DNA of 64,000 nucleotides. Origin: Infirmifilum sp. (lineage in GTDB: Archaea > Thermoproteota > Thermoprotei > Thermofilales > Thermofilaceae). Under the pieces are notes generated by a model, which ran no database searches, was not told the origin of the DNA, and worked only from the letters and a program-made list of their open reading frames with translations. The translations under genes were made by a program, and so were the position numbers. The stretch lies in contig JBEULP010000117.1 of assembly GCA_041287245.1 (NCBI GenBank), positions 160,001-224,000 on the forward strand, written 5' to 3'. Below are positions 56,061 through 64,000 of the stretch, one piece after another. Every line of letters begins with the position of its first letter. Positions within the stretch are counted from its first letter, which is position 1.

Positions 56061-57452
56061 TTATTCACCCCCCACCAGCAACCTTGTAGCCCTCAAGGTT
56101 GGTCCCCCGTCCCCGACGTGGACCATTTGACCAAACTTTCCGCAGCCGCCGAAAGGACTGGTGGATATTTCAACATTATCGGCAACAGCATCGATATACT
56201 TCAGCATTTCGAGAATGTTGCCTGCGAGAACCACATCTCGAACAGGTTCCTTGATCTCTCCATTTTCTATAATGAAACCTATCCGAGCATTAAACGTGAA
56301 CGTACCGTCTTCTTCGACCTGTCCTCCTGCTGGTTTATCAAGTATAAGTCCACGTTTCGTATCCCTTATAATCTCCTCCTCCTTCCAATTGCCACCCTCG
56401 AAAAACGTGTTTCTCATCCTGACAATAACGTCATGGGCGAAGCTCTGAGCACGACCATTCCCCGTAGGCTCCATCCCCACTAGAGCAGCACTCTCCCTAC
56501 TGTGAAGATACCCAGTTAGAATACCTTTGTCGACGAGAACAGTCCTCCTCGTCGGAGTACCCTCGTCATCCACCATTAAAATGTAGCCTCCACGGCTATC
56601 ATATCCGGAGTCGACAATGGTAACGAGCTCACTCGCTATCTTCTCGCCAAGCCTTCCAGTGAGCGGGCTTGTCTTTGCAAAAATGCTGTCACCCTCGGTA
56701 AGGTGTCCAAAGCTTTCGTGAGCGAATACTCCTGTGAGCTCAGGCCTCGTAATAACGACCTGCTCACCCGCCGGTGCTCTGCGTGCTTTGAGAGCGAGTC
56801 GAGCCATCTCCACAGCCTTTTCGGCAGCTTTCTCAGGTGCTCTTTCTCCCGAGAAATACTCAAGGCCAGAAGATGCTCCAAAGGTCTCAAAGCCGTCTCC
56901 CGTCTTTCCGTTTTCCTTGAAAACCACGGAGGCTGATACGCCGGTGACCAGTCTCTCAGAACTTACTTTCACTCCGTCTAGAGAGTATACCTCGATTATT
57001 CCGTAGTAGGCGCCATATCTAGAGGTTGCAGTTGAAGCTCCTTTCTCCTTCGCAACATTATAAGCTCTTTTCACAAGGTCAATTTTCTCGTCTAGTGGGA
57101 CGCTTGAAGGGTGAAGTCTTGTTCCAGATATCACATAGTCCTTTTGAGGACTCTGTATTTCTGATAATTTCTTTTCACCTTTTCCCAGGGCTCGTGCCGA
57201 TTTCACCGCCTCCTGTAAGGCGCTCCTAAGCCCCTCTTTATCGAGGGAGGTTGTTGATGAGAAGCCGATGCTTCCATCTACTAATACTCTTATAGCTACG
57301 CCTCTCGATATGGAAGTGCTTAGAGACGAGATACGGCCATTAACGTATTGGATAAACTCTCTCGTAGTATTCTCAAATCGAACGTCCGCAAAATTTACTC
57401 CTTCTTGAGAGGCAATTTTCAAGACAAAGGTGGCTAGGTCTTCGAACATCAT
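56061..57452 (-). CDS. tldD: TldD-family metalloprotease
   Basis: HESFGH..E.D, DDEG, TGNGRA, RMRNT and CGK.GQ. Confidence 0.94.
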   Translation of the reverse strand: MMFEDLATFVLKIASQEGVNFADVRFENTTREFIQYVNGRISSLSTSISRGVAIRVLVDGSIGFSSTTSLDKEGLRSALQEAVKSARALGKGEKKLSEIQSPQKDYVISGTRLHPSSVPLDEKIDLVKRAYNVAKEKGASTATSRYGAYYGIIEVYSLDGVKVSSERLVTGVSASVVFKENGKTGDGFETFGASSGLEYFSGERAPEKAAEKAVEMARLALKARRAPAGEQVVITRPELTGVFAHESFGHLTEGDSIFAKTSPLTGRLGEKIASELVTIVDSGYDSRGGYILMVDDEGTPTRRTVLVDKGILTGYLHSRESAALVGMEPTGNGRAQSFAHDVIVRMRNTFFEGGNWKEEEIIRDTKRGLILDKPAGGQVEEDGTFTFNARIGFIIENGEIKEPVRDVVLAGNILEMLKYIDAVADNVEISTSPFGGCGKFGQMVHVGDGGPTLRATRLLVGGE

Positions 57453-57497
57453 AGGTGAATATCGCAAGACACATAAATAGTTTACATATGCGCGGGC

Positions 57498-57533
57498 AGA
57501 AAGCCTCGCCCTCTAGGGCGGGTAGAAAGTTAG
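57498..57533 (+). mobile_element. Minimal IS200/IS605 right-end remnant
   Basis: GAAAGCCTCGCCCTCTAGGGCGGGTAGAAAGTTAG, the same hairpin as 45673-45706. Confidence 0.7.
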
Positions 57534-58371
57534 TGGTTTTCGTGTCCGTCTAACGAAGAACTACTTGAGCTGGCTAGAAGAGGATAAAGAGCAGTGGTAG
57601 ATCTCACGGAAAACGAGTGTTCATATGAAAACCGAGAAGGTATTAATAAGATTTCATTTCCTATAAGAGACTTCTCTTTCCGCTCCCCCGAAAGCGTTGT
57701 TCAAAACGTGGTTGAGCCGATAAGGCGAATTCTAGCGGCAGACGGAGACGTTTTGATACACTGCATGGGGGATAGGTAGGAGTGGGACACTTGCAGCTAT
57801 GCTTCTCATCACATTTGATGGTATGACACTGGAAGGAGCGTTGTCTAGAGTTAGAAGGCTTGGTGATCCTCTGGTCCCAGCGCAACTCGTAGCCCTAACC
57901 TGGTTTGAGAGGAATACGAGTATGATGGGATACGAGAAATATTTGAAGTTATCCAGAGCTTTAACCCTAGCGGCTAAGGATAACATTGACCCCGCCTCCT
58001 CAAGAATTAACTTAACGATTGACATACTTGTCGAGGTTGGAATTATTAAATCTGAGGGAGGTTTAGAAGAAACATATGCTTATCTCTTAAAAAACTAGAA
58101 GGGGGGTAATGGTGGAACGCGCTACACTTTAAGAGAGCTTAACAGAGAAAAGCCTCTTGTTGAAACAGTCTTCGAATTCGCAGGATACTTCGGGAATGTT
58201 TTCGAAGGAGAGGGGTTCTATCTAGGTATCGGGAAGGAAGACGAGAAAATCATCCTGCTTTTCAATGGACTGTTCTCCCAGGATAAGAGGATAGAATTGG
58301 TGAGGAAAGGCGTTGAGCTCCTGGCAGGTTATGGCGTCAAGTTAGAGCTTGAAGAGAAATACGGATGGTAA
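57534..58371 (+). pseudogene. Dual-specificity/tyrosine protein phosphatase pseudogene
   Basis: WFSCPSNEELLELARRG*RAVVDLT...PIRDF...VLIHCMG, then a frameshift, then IGRSGTLAAMLL (broken HCxGGxGRSGT P-loop). A further in-frame TAG lies at 58096-98 and the frame continues to TAA at 58371. Confidence 0.85.
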
Positions 58372-58448
58372 GGGGAAATAGCTAAATACTTCTCAAAAAG
58401 GTTGCTTATGTAAAAGTTTAAACGGGTGGAGCGAGTAGAAAGGGCAGG

Positions 58449-59534
58449 ATGGGCGCATTTCCAAAACCTAATATTCGAGAAGCTTTATTTTGGGAAAAAA
58501 TAGAGGGAAAACCAGGGTATGTGAAGTGCAATCTTTGTAGTCGTCGGTGCGTCATAGCCCCTGGAAGGTTTGGAGTCTGCGGTGTCAGGAAAAATATAGA
58601 TGGCAAGTTGTATACCTATGTCTATGGTTTGCTAACAGCTGCAAATTTAGACCCCATCGAGAAAAAGCCTCTGTCACACTTTAACCCAGGTAGTGCTGTG
58701 TTCTCTATATCCACACCGGGCTGTAACTTTTTCTGCAAGTTTTGCCAGAACTGGGAGATAAGTCAGAGTAGGTTAGAGGCGGGGCTATATGGAATGCAGT
58801 ATACGCCTGAGAGGGTTGTGGAGGAAGCTTTAAGATTAAAGGCGGACGGAATCTCTTACACATACAATGAACCGACGATCTTCTATGAGTTTATGCTTGA
58901 CACTGCCAAGCTAGCGAAGAGCCACGGGCTTTTCAACACTATGGTTACTAATGGTTACATTACCCCAGAAGCTCTGGAGGAACTGGCTAAATATATGGAT
59001 GCGGCTACAGTTGACTTTAAAGGTAATGCTAATCCAGAGTTTTACAGAAAGTTCATGGGTGTGCCTTCTCCTGATCCAATCTTTGAGACTCTGCTTGTAA
59101 TGAAGGAAAAGGGAATGCATATTGAAATTACTAACCTTGTAGTTCCTCTTGTCGGAGACGACGAGGGAGACCTTCGTAAGCTTGCCCGTTGGGTTGTTGA
59201 AAACCTAGGTGACGAGACGCCTTTTCACCTTCTCCGCTTTTATCCACATTACAAGATGCTTGATTATCCCCCGACCGATGTAGAGAGGCTAGACAGCCTA
59301 TCACTCATAGCACGAGAAGAAGGCTTAAAACACATATATATAGGAAATGTGTGGGGGCATCCATTGGAACACACGTATTGTCCAAACTGCGGGTTTAGAG
59401 TTATTGAGCGTAGAGGGTTCTTTATAACTAGATGGAACCTAACCGAGGACAACAGATGCCCAAAATGTGGGTATAAGTTGAACATTAAAGGCACATATAA
59501 AAAGAGAAGATGGAGTGATGAGTATTTCTTCTAG
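58449..59534 (+). CDS. amrS: AmmeMemoRadiSam-system radical SAM enzyme
   Basis: C.LC...C...G.CGVR, DPIEKKPL.HF.PG, CNFFCKFCQN and YTYNEP. Confidence 0.93.
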   Translation: MGAFPKPNIREALFWEKIEGKPGYVKCNLCSRRCVIAPGRFGVCGVRKNIDGKLYTYVYGLLTAANLDPIEKKPLSHFNPGSAVFSISTPGCNFFCKFCQNWEISQSRLEAGLYGMQYTPERVVEEALRLKADGISYTYNEPTIFYEFMLDTAKLAKSHGLFNTMVTNGYITPEALEELAKYMDAATVDFKGNANPEFYRKFMGVPSPDPIFETLLVMKEKGMHIEITNLVVPLVGDDEGDLRKLARWVVENLGDETPFHLLRFYPHYKMLDYPPTDVERLDSLSLIAREEGLKHIYIGNVWGHPLEHTYCPNCGFRVIERRGFFITRWNLTEDNRCPKCGYKLNIKGTYKKRRWSDEYFF

Positions 59535-60535
59535 TGAAGCTTAATAGACAAGCCCTTGCTTTCCTTCTTGCCAGGAACCTCCAAGTGTCTCCAATCAGAT
59601 ACGCTAGTAATTTTTTTCCCACGCTTGCCCATAATGTAGGCATATGCGCTCAGGGCAGCACATGCTCCCATTCCGGCTGCAATAACAGCTTGTTTATGGG
59701 GCATTTCAGCTACGTCTCCTGCAGCGAAAACGCCCTCTCTGCTTGTCTTGCACTCTTTGTCTACAATTACTTCTCCTTTTTCGTTAAGTTCAACAAAACC
59801 TCGCAGAAACTCTGTTTTCGTCACATAACCCATCTCAACGAAAACACCGTCAACTTGCAGTTCTCGTAGTTCTCCAGTTTTCTTTTTCTTTACAATTAGA
59901 GCTTCGACCTTACGGCTACCTTTAACCTCAAAGGGCGTGGTCTCAGGCACAAGTTCAACATTACCTTTGCTCAACGCCTCTCGGAGGAGATCCTCGTCGT
60001 CAAAAGGTTTTTCACCCGGGAAGACCCAGTAGACCTTAGTCGCATAATCTCGAAGCCTGATTATGTTCTCGTAGTTATGCAGTCCCCAGCCAACCAAAGC
60101 AACGGTTTTCCCGCGATAAAGTGGGGCGTCGCATATAACGCAATAGGAAATGCCCCTCCCCTTTAGCTCTCTCTCCCCTGGTACTCCCATCTCCTTCGGG
60201 GACTTGCCAAACGCCAATACTACAGCATCAGCCTCAAAGATAGCGCCAGTGGCTGTTTTTAGAGCGAAGTTCCCTTCTTTTTCCCCTATCTCGACAACCT
60301 CGTCAAATACTATCTTTGCGCCATACAATTTAGCTTGCTCTTCAACCTTCTTTATTAACTCTAATCCACCTATGCTAATGAAGCCCGGATAGTTTTGTAT
60401 TTCTGATGTGAGGAGAAGCTGTCCTCCAAGGTCGGCGCTGATCACAAGAGTGTTTAGCTTTTGCCTTGCAGCATACAACGCGGCTGTTAAACCCGCTATA
60501 CCTGCACCCACTATTACTATATCATGCTTAGACAT
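59531..60535 (-). CDS. trxB: Thioredoxin reductase-family flavoprotein
   Basis: GAGIAGLTAA.Y, NYPG, GRGISYCVICD and FAAGD. Confidence 0.9.
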   Translation of the reverse strand: MSKHDIVIVGAGIAGLTAALYAARQKLNTLVISADLGGQLLLTSEIQNYPGFISIGGLELIKKVEEQAKLYGAKIVFDEVVEIGEKEGNFALKTATGAIFEADAVVLAFGKSPKEMGVPGERELKGRGISYCVICDAPLYRGKTVALVGWGLHNYENIIRLRDYATKVYWVFPGEKPFDDEDLLREALSKGNVELVPETTPFEVKGSRKVEALIVKKKKTGELRELQVDGVFVEMGYVTKTEFLRGFVELNEKGEVIVDKECKTSREGVFAAGDVAEMPHKQAVIAAGMGACAALSAYAYIMGKRGKKITSVSDWRHLEVPGKKESKGLSIKLH

Positions 60536-60632
60536 GAAGTGTACCCCGTCGTATAAGCTTAGCAATCTATAAAAAAACTTTTTCCAGGTTATAGAGAAAA
60601 CTTTATACTCGACACTAGAGTTTCGCCTCTAA

Positions 60633-61079
60633 GTGATTTTGATGGTTTACGAGCAACGTAGCGCCCATGGTCTCGCCGTGGAGGGTGTTACGGCACTGGT
60701 GATAATTGCGGTTCTCCTGTTCCTTTTTTCAACAAGCCTGTGGATATCGATACCTCAAACGTCAAAGATACAACTAGGGGATTTCATAATAATTATCCTG
60801 ACAGCTTTGTTTATACAGAGGTCGGAGCATCTTGTTTCTCCTCTTTCAGCCGTCACATCCCTAGCTCTACACATAGATATTAAGAGAACGTCTGCTGTAA
60901 TACAGGGTTTTCTAAGGTTTCTCTCAATAACCGTTGCTTATTTCTCCCTGAAAAGAACTAGTATTAATCTTCTAACAATGGTCCTTGATTATACAAATTC
61001 TCATATTATCTACGATGCCGTATTTATCACACTCCTACTACTCCACCTTTATTACACAGTTAAGAAGCTTGTCCGCTAG
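60633..61079 (+). CDS. Membrane protein (about 4 TM)
   Basis: Hydrophobic segments. Confidence 0.7.
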   Translation: MILMVYEQRSAHGLAVEGVTALVIIAVLLFLFSTSLWISIPQTSKIQLGDFIIIILTALFIQRSEHLVSPLSAVTSLALHIDIKRTSAVIQGFLRFLSITVAYFSLKRTSINLLTMVLDYTNSHIIYDAVFITLLLLHLYYTVKKLVR

Positions 61080-61617
61080 GCGAGTCTAGGCGCCTCTTCA
61101 AGTATAATTCTAGATAGGTTTCAGGTACAAGCTCTTGGAGTCCCAGCTTAGTGGCAACCTCTCTTATCTTGTGTTCCCCCGCACCCTTATCCTCAATCTC
61201 AACAAAATTTCCTAAATCCTCTACCTTGTCCAGCGAGACTTCCACGCCCTCTAAAAGGTAGAATTCTCTGTGCTTAGCTATTCGTGCTACAACCTTGAAC
61301 CCCAGCTTATCTAACACTAGAAGAAGCTCGTTTAGCTTGTCAACCTTCACGACAAGCTCAACCCTTGTCTTAGCCCACCCCTCCTTTCTTGGCCCCTTGT
61401 ATGTAAGCTCTATATCTTCTTGTCCTGTAAGAGTGGACTTTATATGCCTAACTCTTAAAGCCTCGTCACTCTGCTGGAAATCTCTACAGGGGTGTTGAAG
61501 ATAGATATCTAACATCTCAACAGTGTCCACATATTCGGAATGCATGGATCTAAGCTTATTCCTTATACCCTCCGGGTCGGTACATCTAAACTTAACTTCT
61601 ACCTCTGCAGGCTCCAT
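61060..61617 (-). CDS. cyaB: CYTH-domain protein (class IV adenylate cyclase family)
   Basis: EVEVK, D.Y, ALRVR, LTYKGP, R.E and FVEIE. Confidence 0.93.
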   Translation of the reverse strand: MEPAEVEVKFRCTDPEGIRNKLRSMHSEYVDTVEMLDIYLQHPCRDFQQSDEALRVRHIKSTLTGQEDIELTYKGPRKEGWAKTRVELVVKVDKLNELLLVLDKLGFKVVARIAKHREFYLLEGVEVSLDKVEDLGNFVEIEDKGAGEHKIREVATKLGLQELVPETYLELYLKRRLDSPSGQAS

Positions 61618-61621
61618 GTTC

Positions 61622-62047
61622 TTACTCTTCGGAACTTATCACAACAATGTTCTTTAAATTTTCCGCCATATTATTAATGGTGTAAGAGAGCTTTAAAAGG
61701 AGAGCGGCGGAATCCATAGCCTTGCAGGAGTCATGCGACTTAATGGCATCCGATATGTCCATTAAAGCCTGAGAAATCATGTTCTTAACATTCTCAACAA
61801 CCTGTTCTGTTCTACCCCGGTATTCTATCGATAAAGGCATTGAAGAAACCCTGAGAAACGAGGATAAGGCATCGGCTAGAGTGTAAAGAGCATTACTAAG
61901 CACGAAATAATAGTTTTCATCTGTAATAAGCCCAATTGAGAGCAAAACCATGCCTATATTTCTCATCTGCTGAGGATCAATAACGTTACTCTTCACGTCC
62001 CGTGAAGCTTCGATAATTATTTTCTCAACACCCTTTTCCACATCCAT
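61622..62047 (-). CDS. Hypothetical helical protein
   Basis: 141-aa ORF coupled to its neighbours. Confidence 0.75.
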   Translation of the reverse strand: MDVEKGVEKIIIEASRDVKSNVIDPQQMRNIGMVLLSIGLITDENYYFVLSNALYTLADALSSFLRVSSMPLSIEYRGRTEQVVENVKNMISQALMDISDAIKSHDSCKAMDSAALLLKLSYTINNMAENLKNIVVISSEE

Positions 62048-62328
62048 AACCCTACCCTCGACTCTCCAAGCTCCAACATACTTGAACGGTATAACCTGTA
62101 TATTATCTTCTTAGTTTCCTCGATTTCCCGGAGCGTCGCATGAATATCTTCTGCGGTTTCTTTTTCTTCCGTACACTTTAGAAGTTTTTTCAAATGAGTC
62201 TCGGTAACCACCAGTTCAAGTGCTAGCGACTCTAAGTCTTCAATCGTAGGTCCCCTAGCTATGATACCAGCTAGTTTACGGGTGAAGTAACCCGGTGGGC
62301 ATTTCTTCTTGTTTATTTTCTGCTCCAT
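62017..62328 (-). CDS. Hypothetical protein
   Basis: 103-aa ORF overlapping the next gene. Confidence 0.65.
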   Translation of the reverse strand: MEQKINKKKCPPGYFTRKLAGIIARGPTIEDLESLALELVVTETHLKKLLKCTEEKETAEDIHATLREIEETKKIIYRLYRSSMLELGESRVGLWMWKRVLRK

Positions 62329-62470
62329 TGTACGCTCTCTAAATCACAGAGGAACCAAATAAAACTTTTCGTGGGCATAAGAACTGAGATCCATTTTATT
62401 TCAACTATTTTATATTTTAAAAAAGATATTTTTATAAAACGCTTTTACGAAACCTTGTGCAGGGGCTAGA

Positions 62471-63535
62471 ATGATTGTTGACGACCAGGCACTTTCATCT
62501 ATTGCTCGCGGGGGGATAGCTCTAAAGCTTTATCCTAATGAATGGGAGGTTATTTCAGCTGCGACTAAAGCTCTTACGATTTCAAAGATCTCAGAAGCCA
62601 CGAAGCTTCCCTATAGCACTGTTATAGACGTAGTTAAAAGGCTGGCAAAGCGAAACATCAATCTTTCCTTTGTCCCGAATTATGAGAAAATAGGCTTGAA
62701 GTCGCTATTTCTTTTATTTGAGGAAAAGCCGATAAGAAATTTTCCAGTATATACATTGTCTGTCTATAAGATAATAGGTAGGAAACGCTACTTGGGGGTT
62801 GAGGCTCTAGTACCTGAAAGGTACCTTGATGATTATATCTCACTGTTTTCGGGAGAGCCAGCCTATTCTTTAAGCACGTTTGAGGTTAAATATTGGACTC
62901 CTTTAGGAAAACTAACACAGTATTATCCCCGTCTAGGTCTTTTATTACCTGATAGTAAACACCTTATGGACGTGTTACGTGAAGCAAGTGTGCCTCCGAG
63001 CCCCCAGGAAAAGAAATGGATCGACTGGGTTGATCTAGTTGTACTGTATTTTAAGGTGAAGTATGCCTTCACAAAACTAAGTTCCATGTTAACCCTTGTG
63101 AGACAGTTTTTCGGAGTTGACCCACCCAGCAGACAATTAATGAGCTACCACTACAGGACGCATGTAACTGCTCTCTGGAGTTACAACTGCCCAACTTTTC
63201 GCCTTAATACTTCTCTTATACCTCTCAAGCTTTTTGTATTTGGAGGCAAAGAAGGGGAAACTGCGGCACGTGTCTTAGTTCAAGCTCCATATATGTATGA
63301 GGCACTGGTAGGCGAATCTACTGCAGTGGTGCTTGGACAGCCTCCCAGCTATTTAGAACCCTTAATACATACTGTGATGAACATGACCACTCCCGAACTA
63401 CTTTTCGGGCCACTTCTCATTAGTAGCGAACGCTCAACCCCATGGATAACTGCTAAGGTAGTTGAGTCTTACAGGGTTAAGGGTGAGTTCCCAGATCCTA
63501 CAGTGGACGGTTTCTCATTTGAAAATATTTATTAA
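62471..63535 (+). CDS. HTH-containing protein, tandem Lrp/AsnC-like architecture
   Basis: ISKISEATKLPYSTV...KRL...PNYEKIGL and a second HTH-like segment, SRQLMSYHY. Confidence 0.7.
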   Translation: MIVDDQALSSIARGGIALKLYPNEWEVISAATKALTISKISEATKLPYSTVIDVVKRLAKRNINLSFVPNYEKIGLKSLFLLFEEKPIRNFPVYTLSVYKIIGRKRYLGVEALVPERYLDDYISLFSGEPAYSLSTFEVKYWTPLGKLTQYYPRLGLLLPDSKHLMDVLREASVPPSPQEKKWIDWVDLVVLYFKVKYAFTKLSSMLTLVRQFFGVDPPSRQLMSYHYRTHVTALWSYNCPTFRLNTSLIPLKLFVFGGKEGETAARVLVQAPYMYEALVGESTAVVLGQPPSYLEPLIHTVMNMTTPELLFGPLLISSERSTPWITAKVVESYRVKGEFPDPTVDGFSFENIY

Positions 63536-63559
63536 TAAGCCATAGTAATAATTACAATC

Positions 63560-63976
63560 GTGGAGTGCCTCAGGCCTGAAGAAACAGTTGAAATTCTAAG
63601 TAAAGAACTTGAGAAAGAGGGATACCTTAACATCCCCTCGGAAGACGCTAAAACTTTAATAATTTACTCACCTATAGTAACATCCTCAATTCTATTTGTG
63701 AGAATAGAGGAAGGTGTTACGCGATATATTCTTCCTTATAATAAGGGGAATAGCCAGTTTCTCCTTGAAAGATTAAAGAGTGCCTCCTTTAATAACTGTA
63801 TAATTGAAACCCTAAGTTTAACTGAGGGGGTTGAAGGGATTGAAATTGCTTGCCTAAACGTTGGCATCATAGATGCAGCTAAAATAAAAGAGATGATCGG
63901 TCGTATAGTGGGAAGTGTATTGGATTTAAAACAGGTCAAGGAGGACGCACTTATTCAAACAGACATTATGATCTAG
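63560..63976 (+). CDS. Hypothetical protein
   Basis: 138-aa ORF downstream of the previous gene. Confidence 0.65.
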   Translation: MECLRPEETVEILSKELEKEGYLNIPSEDAKTLIIYSPIVTSSILFVRIEEGVTRYILPYNKGNSQFLLERLKSASFNNCIIETLSLTEGVEGIEIACLNVGIIDAAKIKEMIGRIVGSVLDLKQVKEDALIQTDIMI

Positions 63977-64000
63977 CTAAACGCCTCTTTAGATATTTTT

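Noticed and set aside
57585..58098. Stop-codon recoding or programmed frameshifting in the phosphatase
   Set aside because: Three different lesions (TAA, frameshift, TAG) plus loss of the start point to decay.
59514..59560. GTGATGA...GTGA as a third box C/D sRNA
   Set aside because: No C' or terminal CTGA at the right spacing, and it lies in convergent coding ends.
1..64000. Numerous 60-200 aa antisense or alternate-frame ORFs in the track (e.g. 10977-11531, 17082-17465, 24325-24747, 56058-56483)
   Set aside because: They lie within well-supported genes and show no motifs, so they are shadow ORFs.
1..64000. CRISPR array, tRNA or rRNA
   Set aside because: I saw no regularly spaced repeats, cloverleaf or rRNA signature by eye.

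Overview
A gene-dense core chromosomal segment of a hyperthermophilic crenarchaeon. Gene content, leaderless TATA-driven genes and GGTGA ribosome-binding sites suggest Thermoproteales, probably Thermofilaceae; this is inference, not a database match. About 65 CDSs are supportable, including XerA, a tungsten AOR plus MoaD, AMP phosphorylase, glmS-GlmU-like-GT2, a ThiR-regulated Yko ECF transporter, a nucleoside-salvage cluster, GDH, TldD/E, three radical-SAM enzymes and TrxB. I saw no rRNA, tRNA, CRISPR array or intact mobile element. Features absent from the ORF track that I read from the sequence: two box C/D guide sRNAs (1159-1207 minus, 51171-51219 plus), a 53-aa zinc-ribbon microprotein (14537-14698), four TATAAC-N3-GTTATA operators, two IS200/IS605 (tnpB) right-end remnants, and a phosphatase pseudogene with three lesions. 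The best candidate for an undescribed system is a coupled four-gene operon led by a Rab-like small GTPase (24077-27314), with a roadblock-like gene elsewhere in the window. All family assignments come from motif recognition by eye; no searches were run.
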